From: Candidatus Omnitrophota bacterium
GTDB lineage: Bacteria > Omnitrophota > Gorgyraeia > Gygaellales > Profunditerraquicolaceae
DNA: 64,000 bases
Reading direction: 5' to 3'
Assembly (NCBI GenBank): GCA_030650425.1
Contig: JAUSED010000005.1
Location: forward strand, 270,932 to 334,931
The position numbers were made by a program, and so were the translations under genes. This document shows positions 10,421 to 19,975 of this stretch, one piece after another. Position 1 is the first letter of the stretch. Each line of letters starts with the position of its first letter. The notes beneath the pieces are model-generated. The model had not been told where the DNA came from. It saw only the letters and a program-made list of their open reading frames with translations, and did no database searches.

Positions 10421-10897
10421 TTGAAAAAATACTTAAGGTCATTATTTATATTTTTGTTTTTTGTTGCGCTTGCTTCCTCTAGTTATGCCGTGGAAAATAA
10501 GCAGGCGCCCGCCTTTCAGCTAACCGACTTGAATGGCAAAGTGGTTTTCTTAAGCGATTATAAGGATAAGCAGGCGGTTATCTTATTCTTCTGGACTACC
10601 TGGTGCCCGTTTTGCCGGGAGGAGCTAAAGCGGCTGAATCAGGAGTATGCGGGGTTAACCAAGGATGCGATTGAGGTTTTGGCTATTGACGTGGGTGAAT
10701 CAAAATCCAAAGTAGATAATTTTGTGAAGACCCGTAATCTTACCTTTAAGGTACTTTTGGATAAAGATAACACGGTTGCCGACGCCTATGAACTGATGGG
10801 GGTGCCTACTTATATTGTCATCAATAAGTCCGGTCAAGTAGTTTCAACCAGCAATAATTTCCCTAAAGACACACTCAAAGAATTGGCTAATAAATAG
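10421..10897 (+). CDS. Thioredoxin-fold thiol:disulfide oxidoreductase (TlpA/ResA-like), secreted.
   Basis: Signal peptide. WTTWCPFCREE (WCxxC) motif. Adjacent to ccdA. Confidence 0.75.
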   Translation: MKKYLRSLFIFLFFVALASSSYAVENKQAPAFQLTDLNGKVVFLSDYKDKQAVILFFWTTWCPFCREELKRLNQEYAGLTKDAIEVLAIDVGESKSKVDNFVKTRNLTFKVLLDKDNTVADAYELMGVPTYIVINKSGQVVSTSNNFPKDTLKELANK

Positions 10898-10918
10898 TTT
10901 ACATCCGGCCTTAAAGGA

Positions 10919-11227
10919 TTGGAGAGAATAATGTTTGATAAAATGAAGCAATTGATGGAGATGCAGAAAAAGATGCAGCTGGTCAAGCGTGAGTTGGAGA
11001 GCGCGACTTTCGATAGCTTAAGTTCAGACGGTTTGATCAAAATTACCATGAATGGCGCTCAAGAGGTTAAAGAAGTCAGTATACAGGCTGACTTAAGGAC
11101 TACGGATAAGACCGTGTTTGAAAAATCGGTCAAAGACGCATACAATAAGGCAATCAAGCGTTCGCATGATCTGGCTGCCGAAAAGATGCGCAACGTTACA
11201 GGATTTAATTTGCCAGGTTTAACTTAA
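10919..11227 (+). CDS. ybaB: Nucleoid-associated protein YbaB/EbfC.
   Basis: 102 aa. MFDKMKQLMEMQKKMQ… is the canonical YbaB N-terminus. Confidence 0.8.
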   Translation: MERIMFDKMKQLMEMQKKMQLVKRELESATFDSLSSDGLIKITMNGAQEVKEVSIQADLRTTDKTVFEKSVKDAYNKAIKRSHDLAAEKMRNVTGFNLPGLT

Positions 11228-11230
11228 GCT

Positions 11231-11698
11231 ATGAATAAGAAAGTTTCCGAGCTCCTAAAATCGCGTGAATTTGTCAGCGTGGCTACCTGCGACCTTCAGG
11301 GAAGGCCTAACGCCGCGCCTAAGTTTTTACTTAAGCTGGAGAATAATTTTATTTATTTAGTGGATTATATCATCGGAAGGACGTTCCGCAATCTTGGGGT
11401 TAATCCGAGAATCTCCATCTCTTTTATGGATAATAATAGTTTGATGGGTTACCAATTAAACGGTGCAGTCGAGCTGATCGAAGGCGGCCCGGAATATGAG
11501 GCTTTAGTACAAGATTTATCCCAAAGAAAAGTTGATTTATCTACCCGGCGGATTATCGAAGGGGTTACCCAAGGTAAGGCGCACGCGGGTTTTGAGTTAG
11601 GTATGTCGGAGAGTTTTGTTATATTTAAGGTAAAAGTAGAAGAAATAGTAGAGATATTTTCAAGCGGCACCCTAAAAACAGAGAAGATATGCGAATAA
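11231..11698 (+). CDS. Pyridoxamine 5'-phosphate oxidase-like FMN-binding split-barrel protein.
   Basis: 155 aa. PNPOx-like N-terminal pattern (…FVSVATCDLQGRPNAAPK…). Confidence 0.6.
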   Translation: MNKKVSELLKSREFVSVATCDLQGRPNAAPKFLLKLENNFIYLVDYIIGRTFRNLGVNPRISISFMDNNSLMGYQLNGAVELIEGGPEYEALVQDLSQRKVDLSTRRIIEGVTQGKAHAGFELGMSESFVIFKVKVEEIVEIFSSGTLKTEKICE

Positions 11699-12738
11699 GC
11701 AAAGGATTGGCAACCGGGGCAGGCAGTCTTCCACACTTGGACGCTGAAAGCAGTTTGGATTTAATCTTTAAGTATGTGCCTGCCGCGCCTTTTTGGCCGC
11801 AGCTGCCGAAGAGGGATCTACGCGAAGGGATGGTCGCGCAATTTAGCGAAAACCTGCCTTGTCTTAGGTTTAAAGATGGGAGCGTAATCTTCGACCCCAA
11901 AAATAAAGAAAAGGAGCTGGAGGAGTTTTATGAGAAAGTAATCAGCGATGATTTGGATTATTTCAAGATCAGCGAGAGTTTCGCCTTAGGTTTACATAAA
12001 TTTTACCAGAGACTTGCCTCTTCTGATCTAGAAAGAATAGATTTTATCAAGATTCAAATTACCGGGCCGTTTACTTTTCTGGCCAGCGTAAAAGATGAGA
12101 ACGGGGTTATACTTTTGCATAATCCGGTTTTTAAACAAGCAGTGATCAAGGCTTTAAGCCTGAAATTGCGTTGGCAGATCAGTTTGTTTAAGCAGTTTGG
12201 CAAACCGATTATCGCCTTTATCGATGAGCCATACTTAGGCGCTTTTGGTTCAGCCTATACCCCGATCAACAGGGAAGACGTTGTTCGCGCCTTAACTGAA
12301 TTCGGAGAAGGGTTGAAAAGTAAAGATGTCTTTCTGGGCCTGCATTGCTGCGGTAATACTGATTGGTCCATCTTTACGGATACTCTCTGCATCGAACTGA
12401 TTAATTTCGATGCCTTTAGTTTTCAAGAGAAATTCATCCTTTACGCCGAGAACTTAAAAGGTTTCCTCAAAAGAGGAGGGGTGATCTGCTGGGGGGTTGT
12501 GCCTACGCAGGAGTTTAGCGGTAAAGAAGACGCTCAGGCTTTAGCCGGTAGGCTAAAGCAGGGTATTGAGAGCTTGGCCAAGAAAGGTATAGAAAGGGAA
12601 TTATTATTGGCAAGCCTGATGATCTCTCCCGCGTGCGGGTTAGGAACATTTACTCCTCAAAAAGCAGAGCAGATCCTTAAACTCCTTTCCCAAGTATCTT
12701 CCTTAGTAGGGGACACTTTCCGTCAGGGCTCTTACTAA
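11689..12738 (+). CDS. Cobalamin-independent methionine synthase (MetE C-terminal domain)-like protein.
   Basis: 349 aa. FIDEPYLG, GLHCCGN and ISPACGLG resemble the MetE IDEPA, H-x-C-Y and PDCGL zinc/substrate motifs. The last 9 codons and the stop lie inside the repeat at 12709-12761. Confidence 0.45.
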   Translation: MRISKGLATGAGSLPHLDAESSLDLIFKYVPAAPFWPQLPKRDLREGMVAQFSENLPCLRFKDGSVIFDPKNKEKELEEFYEKVISDDLDYFKISESFALGLHKFYQRLASSDLERIDFIKIQITGPFTFLASVKDENGVILLHNPVFKQAVIKALSLKLRWQISLFKQFGKPIIAFIDEPYLGAFGSAYTPINREDVVRALTEFGEGLKSKDVFLGLHCCGNTDWSIFTDTLCIELINFDAFSFQEKFILYAENLKGFLKRGGVICWGVVPTQEFSGKEDAQALAGRLKQGIESLAKKGIERELLLASLMISPACGLGTFTPQKAEQILKLLSQVSSLVGDTFRQGSY

Positions 12739-12761
12739 ACTACTAAAGGAAAGTGTCCCCT
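12709..12761. repeat. GGGGACACTTTCC…GGAAAGTGTCCCC inverted-repeat element (REP/MITE-like).
   Basis: 13-nt arms and a 27-nt centre carrying the TTTCCGTCAGGGCT core. Spans the stop codon of the MetE-like gene. Confidence 0.8.
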
Positions 12762-12778
12762 AGCAAAAAATAAAATAT

Positions 12779-12807
12779 TTGACAAAATCTCCTAAAGGTT
12801 ATATTAT
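12779..12807 (+). promoter_or_regulatory. Sigma70-like promoter for the por operon (TTGACA-N17-TATTAT).
   Basis: Consensus -35, 17-nt spacer, near-consensus -10. The 12-mer TTGACAAAATCT is shared with the promoter at 37887. Confidence 0.45.
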
Positions 12808-12847
12808 ACATAGACATTTTTGCTTACCTTTGGAGTTTAAGAAATAG

Positions 12848-13411
12848 ATGAAAGAGATAAGAATCCATGCCCGAGCAGGTCAGGGCGCGATCACTACCGC
12901 ATCGCTATTAGGCTACGCCTACTTTTTGAAAGGTTCTTGCCCTTACGCCTTCCCCAGTTTTGGCGCTGCCCGGATGGGCGCTCCGATGAACGCGTTTGTA
13001 CGGGTGGACTCTAAACCGGTTAGGTTACGCAGCCAGATCTATGAGCCGGATTATCTGATTATTGTTGATCATACGCTTATGCGCGGCTATAACTGTTTTT
13101 CCGGGCTTAAGGAAGACGGGATCGCCATTATTAATGGTAAGGAAGAGCAGGTGCAGATACCTAAAGTTAAGCCTAAGCAGAAGGTTTTTGTGGTTCCGGC
13201 TAATGATATTGCCTTAAAACATATAGGAAGGCCTTTGGGCAATACCGCGCTTTTAGGCGCTTTTTGCGCGGCCACGGGAGAGTTAAGTTTAGATGATTTA
13301 AACTCGGCAATTAAGCATAGATTCGCGGCCAAGCTTCAGGAAGGCAATATCAAGGCTGCTCAAGAAGGGTTTGATTTCGTAACTCACAAAACAAAAGAGA
13401 AGGTTCGTTAA
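12848..13411 (+). CDS. porG: Pyruvate:ferredoxin oxidoreductase, gamma subunit.
   Basis: 187 aa. 2-oxoacid:ferredoxin oxidoreductase gamma pattern. First gene of the gamma-delta-alpha-beta order. Confidence 0.8.
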   Translation: MKEIRIHARAGQGAITTASLLGYAYFLKGSCPYAFPSFGAARMGAPMNAFVRVDSKPVRLRSQIYEPDYLIIVDHTLMRGYNCFSGLKEDGIAIINGKEEQVQIPKVKPKQKVFVVPANDIALKHIGRPLGNTALLGAFCAATGELSLDDLNSAIKHRFAAKLQEGNIKAAQEGFDFVTHKTKEKVR

Positions 13412-13674
13412 TGTTCGGCCCATTGATTTGCAAACCAGGTTCAAGTAAGAGCAACAAGACCGGTCCTTGGCGCACTGAGCTAAGGCCTAAGTTCTTAAAA
13501 AAGAACTGTATTGCCTGTAATATGTGCGTGGTTGTCTGTCCAGAGTCTTGTGTTAGCGGCCAAGGCAAGAATACTTATGATTTTAATCCCGCGTATTGCA
13601 AGGGTTGCGGAACTTGCGCGGCGATTTGCCCCAAGAAAGATATTGAAATGGTTAAGGAAGAGGGAACGGAATGA
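13411..13674 (+). CDS. porD: Pyruvate:ferredoxin oxidoreductase, delta subunit (2x[4Fe-4S] ferredoxin).
   Basis: 87 aa. Two CxxCxxCxxxCP motifs. Confidence 0.8.
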   Translation: MFGPLICKPGSSKSNKTGPWRTELRPKFLKKNCIACNMCVVVCPESCVSGQGKNTYDFNPAYCKGCGTCAAICPKKDIEMVKEEGTE

Positions 13675-14852
13675 AAGAATTATTAGAAGGCTCAATGGCG
13701 GTCGCGGAGATTGTCAAACTCTGTAAACCCGGAGTAATCTCTGCTTATCCGATTACTCCCCAGACGCATATTGTGGAAGATCTGGCTCAGATAGTTGCTG
13801 ATGGCCGCCTGAATGCCCAATTTGTGAATGTCGAAAGCGAGCATTCCGCTGCTTCCGTGGTCTTAGGCGCGGTAGCCGCGGGTGTACGCGCTTATACCGC
13901 TACCAGTTCGCAAGGCCTATTTTATATGGCCGAAGTGCTTTATAATATTGCCGGTATGCGTTTACCGGTGATTATGACTACTGCTGCCCGGGCGATTTCC
14001 GCTCCGATCAATATCTGGAACGACCATCAGGACGTAGTTTCCTTGCGGGATGCCGGCTGGATACAGTTTCATGCCGAAGATGTGCAAGAGGCGGTGGATT
14101 TGCATCTTATCGCTTACCGGTTAGGAGAAGATAAATCCATCATGCTGCCGGTAATGGTCTGTATGGACGGTTTTGTGCTTACTCATGGCCTCGAAACCGT
14201 GGATATGCCTACGCAAGAACAAGTAGATAAATTTCTTCCCAGCTACAAAGCTCCTTACAAATTAGATATTGAGAATCCTTTGACTTTAGGTCCGTTAGTT
14301 GATCCCGAATATTATACGGAGGCGCGCTACGCCCTTAACCAGACACATAAAGAGGCCTTGGCGCTTATCCCTAAGTTGACCGCGGAGTTCGCTAAATTAT
14401 TCGGCAGGACCTATAATGGTTTAGTCGAAGGCTACCAGCTTAAAGACGCGGAAAAAGTGATTGTAGCGATGGGTTCGGTCTGCGGGACAATTAAAGAGGT
14501 GATCGACGAATTAAGGAGCAAAGGGAAGAAGGCAGGCTTGCTCAAGATTACCTGCTTAAGGCCTTTTCCAATCAATGAAATCTATGATGCTTTGAAGAAT
14601 ATTCCGAAGGTGGCGGTAGTTGATCGCGCGCTATCTGTAGGTTCTTTTGCTCCGCTTGCGGCGGAGGTAAAAGCGGTATTCTTTGGTAAAACCAAGAAGC
14701 CGCAAAACATCAGTAGTTTTGTCGTCGGTTTAGGCGGCCGCGATATCACTAAAGATTCGATTAAAGAGATCTTCCGTTTACTGAACGGAAAAGAAAAACA
14801 GACGGAGTTCATTGATTTAAAACCAGAACTCCTGAAGGAAAGCTATGACTAA
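13671..14852 (+). CDS. porA: Pyruvate:ferredoxin oxidoreductase, alpha subunit.
   Basis: 393 aa. Transketolase-like pyrimidine-binding domain typical of PorA/VorA. Confidence 0.85.
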   Translation: MKELLEGSMAVAEIVKLCKPGVISAYPITPQTHIVEDLAQIVADGRLNAQFVNVESEHSAASVVLGAVAAGVRAYTATSSQGLFYMAEVLYNIAGMRLPVIMTTAARAISAPINIWNDHQDVVSLRDAGWIQFHAEDVQEAVDLHLIAYRLGEDKSIMLPVMVCMDGFVLTHGLETVDMPTQEQVDKFLPSYKAPYKLDIENPLTLGPLVDPEYYTEARYALNQTHKEALALIPKLTAEFAKLFGRTYNGLVEGYQLKDAEKVIVAMGSVCGTIKEVIDELRSKGKKAGLLKITCLRPFPINEIYDALKNIPKVAVVDRALSVGSFAPLAAEVKAVFFGKTKKPQNISSFVVGLGGRDITKDSIKEIFRLLNGKEKQTEFIDLKPELLKESYD

Positions 14853-15729
14853 AACCTTATTTGCTTCCGGGCATACTGCTTGCGCGGGATGCGGCCAATC
14901 GATGGCGGCGCGACTGGTGCTGGACGCAGCCGGGCCAAACACGATCATTGTTAATAATACCGGATGCTTGGAGGTTTTTTCCACCAAGTATCCCGAGTCT
15001 TGTTGGGAAGTTCCTTTTATCCATTCGCTTTTTGAGAACGCCGCCGCCGTTGCTTCAGGCGTGGAATCCGCTTTTAAATATTTAGGTAAGGCGGATAATA
15101 TAAATATCATCGCCCAAGGCGGAGACGGAAGCAGCGCGGATATAGGGTTACAGGCCCTCTCCGGGATGCTCGAACGCGGGCATAATATTTTGTATGTCTG
15201 TTATGATAATGAAGCTTATATGAATACAGGCGTTCAACGCAGCGGGCTTACCCCTTTTGATACTAATACTACGACCAGCCCTAGCGGCGCAACCTCTATC
15301 GGAAACCTGCGTCCGAAAAAACCCATGCCTGAAATTGTCAATGCCCACGGAATTCCTTATGTCGCTGTCGCCTCCAGCGGTTTTGGACAGGATTTGCAGA
15401 GAAAAGTTAAGAAGGCACTTTCGATCAAAGGTCCGAAATATATTCAGGTGCATGTGCCTTGTCCGTTAGGGTGGAGGTATGAAACCAATCTTACTATACA
15501 GGTAGCTAGGCTTGCGGTTGAAACAGGGTTGTATCCGTTAGTAGAATATGAAAACGGCCTAATCAGCGCCCGAAAACAAATTACACCTAAACCCGTAGAA
15601 GAATATTTGAAGATACAAGGCAGGTTTAAGCATCTGTTGGATAAGCCTGAAGAGATTAAGAAGATTCAAGAGATAGCGGATAATAATATCAGAAAGTATG
15701 GCCTAAGAGCCGAAGTTCAACAGGCTTAA
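14845..15729 (+). CDS. porB: Pyruvate:ferredoxin oxidoreductase, beta subunit (TPP-binding).
   Basis: 294 aa. CAGCG…GDG…N motif with the TPP-binding GDGxx…NE pattern. Confidence 0.85.
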   Translation: MTKTLFASGHTACAGCGQSMAARLVLDAAGPNTIIVNNTGCLEVFSTKYPESCWEVPFIHSLFENAAAVASGVESAFKYLGKADNINIIAQGGDGSSADIGLQALSGMLERGHNILYVCYDNEAYMNTGVQRSGLTPFDTNTTTSPSGATSIGNLRPKKPMPEIVNAHGIPYVAVASSGFGQDLQRKVKKALSIKGPKYIQVHVPCPLGWRYETNLTIQVARLAVETGLYPLVEYENGLISARKQITPKPVEEYLKIQGRFKHLLDKPEEIKKIQEIADNNIRKYGLRAEVQQA

Positions 15730-15749
15730 GCTAACAAAGGAGGCAGAAG

Positions 15750-16229
15750 ATGGGAAAACAGGGAAGGGCAATCGTGGAGTTAAGCTTAAAAGAGGTGGTT
15801 AAAGATTTGAATAAGGCCTATTGCGATGAATGGCTCGCTTATTACCTTTATTGGTATATGGCGCAGATTGTTTCCGGTAAGGCTTATGAAGATATGAAAG
15901 AGATGCTGGAAAAAATAGCCAAGGATGAATTAGAGCATGCTACAGAATTAGCCGATTTGATTGTAAAACTTGGGGATCAGCCATTGGCAAATCCTATGGA
16001 GTTAGAGAAAAACGCCAATAGTCCCTACCTTATGCCTCCAAAGAATACCGCAGACATTAACAGAATTATCCGTATTGTCACTGAAGCGGAAGCGGGCGCA
16101 ATTGAGGTCTATAATAAGATTGCCAAGAAGACGCTGGGTAAAGATCACGTAACCTATCAGTTAGTCACTCATATATTGGCAGAAGAAGTCGACCACGAAG
16201 AGATGTTTGAGAACTTGTTAGAAAGATAA
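15750..16229 (+). CDS. Ferritin-like diiron protein (Dps/bacterioferritin/rubrerythrin-like).
   Basis: 159 aa. Paired E…ExxH ferritin-like motifs (…DELEHATE… and …AEEVDHEEM…). Confidence 0.55.
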   Translation: MGKQGRAIVELSLKEVVKDLNKAYCDEWLAYYLYWYMAQIVSGKAYEDMKEMLEKIAKDELEHATELADLIVKLGDQPLANPMELEKNANSPYLMPPKNTADINRIIRIVTEAEAGAIEVYNKIAKKTLGKDHVTYQLVTHILAEEVDHEEMFENLLER

Positions 16230-16313
16230 AGAAGAGAAGGGGAGATCCTTTGTCCTGCGGGCAAAGGATTAATTTGCTAGCTTGTTGTAGCAGGTAAATT
16301 AAGGAGAGCTTAT

Positions 16314-16496
16314 ATGTCAAAAGTTACAGTTGATGCTTCTACCTGCGTAGGTTGTGGATTGTGTGAGCAGTCTTGCCCGGAGGTTTTTGAAGTACAGGGC
16401 GATGGGGTTGCTCATGTGAAGACTCAAATCTGCTCGACTTGTAATTTACAGGAAATAGCTGATTCCTGTCCGGTAAATTGCATTAAAGTAAGTTAG
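16314..16496 (+). CDS. Small 4Fe-4S ferredoxin.
   Basis: 60 aa. CVGCGLCEQSCP plus C…C…CP. Confidence 0.65.
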   Translation: MSKVTVDASTCVGCGLCEQSCPEVFEVQGDGVAHVKTQICSTCNLQEIADSCPVNCIKVS

Positions 16497-17623
16497 CCCG
16501 CTTTTTTATTCAATTCGATTATGAATTGATTGAATACCTCATCCTTCTTTTGGTTAAGGAGCCGCTCTCTATATTCCGGTTTTTCTTTTTGGTACTTCTT
16601 TTCATCTCTGGGCAAGATAGATTTGATTTTGACGATATAGAAGCCCGCGGGTAACTTAATAATCTGGCTGGCTTGCTCCGGTTTCAAGGCTTTGGCGGCT
16701 TCCCAAAACTTATCCGACGGCCCGACGCCTTCTATAGGAACGCCAAATTTAAAAGCAGGGGTTCCTTTAACTTTTAGCCCGCATTTTTTAGCCGCATCTT
16801 TGAATTCCCGGGTTTTTAATTCCTGAGCGCATTGGTTAATCTTTTCTTCCGCCTTTTTCATTGCTTCAGCATTGACCAAAGTATCTTTCACCTTCTGTTT
16901 TACTGATTGGAATTCCGGGATAAGCGTTTCCTTTTTCTCTTTATCTGTTGAAATCGGCTGACGGAAGGTCTCCTTATTCTTTTCGAAATAATCCTTAAGT
17001 TCACTCTCTTGAGGTTTAATAGTTTTGGTAAAATCAGCGATCAGGCTGGCGATGTAATAGACGCTAATTTCCTGGTTTTCCTTATCATATGCCTGATCGG
17101 CATCCTTGTCGTTAATTTTTAAGTTATCAGTGATCTGCTTATAGAGTTTGTTTAAGATTAGGTTTTGGCGGGTCTGTTCTTCAAAGGCGCGGGCTTTAAG
17201 CCGAAAGGCATATCTGAGAGTTTGGTCATATGTCTTGTTATCAAAGCCGCCTTTATACTGAAAATAGGGAAGGCTTTCAATAAAATCTACTATTTCTTTA
17301 TCGCTGGCTTTAATTCCGCGCCTTTTGGCTTCCTCGAGTAATACGAGCCGCTGCCAGGCCTGAGCTTCAAGGTTGAGGTATTTTTCTACCTCGGGAAGCT
17401 TATCTCCAAAGCGCATAATCGCCGAAGTGGTCACCGCGCTTAGCGAATCCTTAAACTCTAAATCCGTTACCTGCCGGCCGAATATCTTGCCTAGCGGTTT
17501 ATTATCTTGGCGGCTGCTGAATGCGCCGCCAAAACCCCAGAGGGCAAAAGCCGGGATAATAATTAAGGCCAATCCTATCCAAACCTTTTTAGCTGTCTTC
17601 TTATGGCGCAGTATTTTAAGCAT
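16493..17623 (-). CDS. Periplasmic chaperone / peptidyl-prolyl isomerase-related protein (PpiD/SurA N-terminal-domain-like), membrane-anchored.
   Basis: 376 aa. N-terminal TM anchor followed by a SurA-N-like region. This is the only convincing minus-strand gene in the window. Confidence 0.5.
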   Translation of the reverse strand: MLKILRHKKTAKKVWIGLALIIIPAFALWGFGGAFSSRQDNKPLGKIFGRQVTDLEFKDSLSAVTTSAIMRFGDKLPEVEKYLNLEAQAWQRLVLLEEAKRRGIKASDKEIVDFIESLPYFQYKGGFDNKTYDQTLRYAFRLKARAFEEQTRQNLILNKLYKQITDNLKINDKDADQAYDKENQEISVYYIASLIADFTKTIKPQESELKDYFEKNKETFRQPISTDKEKKETLIPEFQSVKQKVKDTLVNAEAMKKAEEKINQCAQELKTREFKDAAKKCGLKVKGTPAFKFGVPIEGVGPSDKFWEAAKALKPEQASQIIKLPAGFYIVKIKSILPRDEKKYQKEKPEYRERLLNQKKDEVFNQFIIELNKKAG

Positions 17624-17695
17624 AATTTCTCCTTTTTAATTTATGATTTATTATAATCGAAACTAATGATATTTCAATCAAAAACTAGGGACCCG

Positions 17696-17775
17696 CGCAG
17701 TAGGGGACACTTTCCAACAAGCAGTAAACGAGCGTAGGAAAATGTCCCCTACTGCGAATAGGAAAGTGTCCCCTA
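17696..17775. repeat. Compound GGGGACA-family element: CGCAGTAGGGGACACTTTCC…GGAAAATGTCCCCTACTGCG plus a third half-site GGAAAGTGTCCCCT.
   Basis: A 20-nt inverted repeat with an extra half-site. Sits between the divergent ppiD-like gene and hisG. Confidence 0.8.
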
Positions 17776-17846
17776 AAGGAAGAAAAAGAGAAACGGTCCC
17801 ATGTTTCTTTTTTCCTTTACAAAGAGAAGTTAAGCCGTTATAATAA

Positions 17847-17875
17847 TTGACCGTGCTGGATAAACCGGTTAAAAT
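17847..17875 (+). promoter_or_regulatory. Candidate sigma70 promoter upstream of hisG (TTGACC-N17-TAAAAT).
   Basis: Hexamers and spacing read from the sequence. About 100 nt of leader before the hisG ATG. Confidence 0.35.
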
Positions 17876-17973
17876 AAGAAGAAGTTGGGTGATTAGCCCT
17901 CGCACGCGAGTTAAATCGAGTAAGAAGGTTTATTCACGTCAGAAAACTAAACTCCAGACAAAGAGGATGGTCA

Positions 17974-18861
17974 ATGGAAAAGAATAGAATATTAAAATTA
18001 GGTTTACCTAAGGGGAGCCTTCAGGAATCTACCTTTAGAATGTTTCGCAAGGCCGGGTTTAACGTAAGCCTGCCCAGCGAACGTTCATATTTCCCGTCGA
18101 TAAATGATGCCGAAATTAAACCGGTTCTATTACGGGCGCAGGAGATGTCCCGTTATGTGCAGGATGGGGCGCTTGACTGCGGGATCACCGGGAATGACTG
18201 GATACTGGAGAATGGTTCTAGTGTAGTCAGGGTTACGGATCTGGCTTACGCTAAACAAAGCTTAAATAAGGTAAGATGGGTTTTGGCTGTGCCGCTTGAT
18301 TCGGGAATAAAGGGCATAAAACAACTGCAGGGTAAGCGTGTTGCCACAGAATTGGTCAATGTTACCAAGGATTTTTTCCGGAAGAATAAGGTTAAGGTTG
18401 AGGTAGAGTTTTCCTGGGGCGCTACTGAAGTAAAGGTGAGCGCCGGATTGGTAGACGCTATCGTGGAGTTAACCGAAACCGGCTCGAGCCTGAAAGCCAA
18501 TAAGCTGGTTGAAATTGCCACATTGGTTGAGTCTACCACGCAGTTTATCGCCAATAAAAGATCTTACGCGGATAATTGGAAGAAAGATAAGATGGAGCAG
18601 ATCGCCTTGCTTTTAGCAGGCGCGATCGCAGCCGAAGAAAAAGTCGGGCTTAAAATGAACGTAAGAAAAGAAAATCTTAAACAGGTGCTTAGCAAATTAC
18701 CGGCTTTAAAAAAACCAACCATCTCCGGTTTATCGGATGACGGCTGGTTTGCGATTGAGACGATTATCGATGAAAAAGTAGTCAGGGTTTTGATCCCCGC
18801 ATTAAAGAACGCGGGTGCTCAAGGGATAATTGAGTACCCGTTGAATAAGGTGATCTATTAA
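17974..18861 (+). CDS. hisG: ATP phosphoribosyltransferase, long form.
   Basis: 295 aa. Starts …[12 protein letters not shown]… with the C-terminal regulatory domain. Confidence 0.85.
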   Translation: MEKNRILKLGLPKGSLQESTFRMFRKAGFNVSLPSERSYFPSINDAEIKPVLLRAQEMSRYVQDGALDCGITGNDWILENGSSVVRVTDLAYAKQSLNKVRWVLAVPLDSGIKGIKQLQGKRVATELVNVTKDFFRKNKVKVEVEFSWGATEVKVSAGLVDAIVELTETGSSLKANKLVEIATLVESTTQFIANKRSYADNWKKDKMEQIALLLAGAIAAEEKVGLKMNVRKENLKQVLSKLPALKKPTISGLSDDGWFAIETIIDEKVVRVLIPALKNAGAQGIIEYPLNKVIY

Positions 18862-18872
18862 AAGGAGTCAGG

Positions 18873-18974
18873 ATGCCTTGCGGTAAAAAAAGAAAAAGAC
18901 AAAAGATCAAGACGCATAAAAGAAAAAAGATGCGTCGGCGTCTGCGTCATTTGAAGAAGAGGGCCTGGGGTTAA
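18873..18974 (+). CDS. Very basic 33-aa protein (AURKAIP1/COX24-like).
   Basis: MPCGKKRKRQKIKTHKRKKMRRRLRHLKKRAWG. AAGGAG RBS 6 nt upstream. Resembles the bacterial AURKAIP1/COX24-domain mini-proteins. Below the ORF-track length cutoff. Confidence 0.45.
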   Translation: MPCGKKRKRQKIKTHKRKKMRRRLRHLKKRAWG

Positions 18975-18988
18975 TCTGGGTAAAGCCC

Positions 18989-19975
18989 GTGTTTAAGAAG
19001 CCTATCCAGATGCTTGTGGCAGCCGGGTTAATCCTGGCTTTCACAAGAACTGTTGTGTGTGCCTCGGATAAAATAAACTCTTCCGCCTTAAGCCACTATA
19101 TCATGGGTGTTTTTTACGATGATTTAGGAGAGGTGAATGAGGCGATTGAGGAGTACCGTAAGGCGCTTTCGACAGACAGCACATCCGCGGCAATACATCT
19201 TAATCTGGCAACCAGCCTGATTAAGAAAAACGATTTACCCGCCGCGACGGAAGAATTAAAACGGGTGATCATTCTTGATCCTGAAGCAGTAGAGCCGCAC
19301 GCGATATTAGCTGTTCTTTATTCCGTTGGGAATAAAGCGGATCTTGCGCTTGGTGAATATGAAACCGCGCTCAAACAGGCCTCCAAGCTTAATTCAAAAG
19401 ATGTAGAAATTTACCAAGCCCTTGGCGCCTTGTATTTAAAGCAGCATAGATTGATAGAGGCCTTAGGTGTCTATCGGATTATTTCCGGCCTTTCTCCGGA
19501 TGACCCAAACGCGCATTTTTATATAGGGGCCATCTACGGAGAGCTTAAGAATTACGAACTTTGCGAAAAAGAATTAAGGAAAGCCATAGGGCTAAAACCT
19601 GATTATGCCGAAGCCCTGAATTATTTGGGTTATGAACTGGTCGAGTGGAATAAAGATTTAAATCAGGCTGAGCTAATGATTAAAAAGGCGCTGTTCTTAG
19701 AACCTGATAACGGAGCTTATCTCGATAGTTTGGGCTGGCTATATTATAAAAAGGCTAAACTGAGAGAGGCCAGAGAGCTTTTGGAGAAGGCCTCTTCTTT
19801 AATGGAAGACCCGGTTATTTACGACCACTTGGGAGATGTATATTCCAGGTTGAAAGAAATTGATCAAGCAAAACTAAATTGGCAAAAGTCTTTAAAGCTT
19901 GATCCAAAACAAGATAGTGTTAAAAAGAAAATAGAAACATCAGATAAAAATGCCGGCAACGCCAAATCAGATTAA
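18989..19975 (+). CDS. Secreted tetratricopeptide-repeat protein.
   Basis: 328 aa. Signal peptide. Multiple 34-aa TPR units (…AxxYxxLGxxY…). Confidence 0.7.
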   Translation: MFKKPIQMLVAAGLILAFTRTVVCASDKINSSALSHYIMGVFYDDLGEVNEAIEEYRKALSTDSTSAAIHLNLATSLIKKNDLPAATEELKRVIILDPEAVEPHAILAVLYSVGNKADLALGEYETALKQASKLNSKDVEIYQALGALYLKQHRLIEALGVYRIISGLSPDDPNAHFYIGAIYGELKNYELCEKELRKAIGLKPDYAEALNYLGYELVEWNKDLNQAELMIKKALFLEPDNGAYLDSLGWLYYKKAKLREARELLEKASSLMEDPVIYDHLGDVYSRLKEIDQAKLNWQKSLKLDPKQDSVKKKIETSDKNAGNAKSD

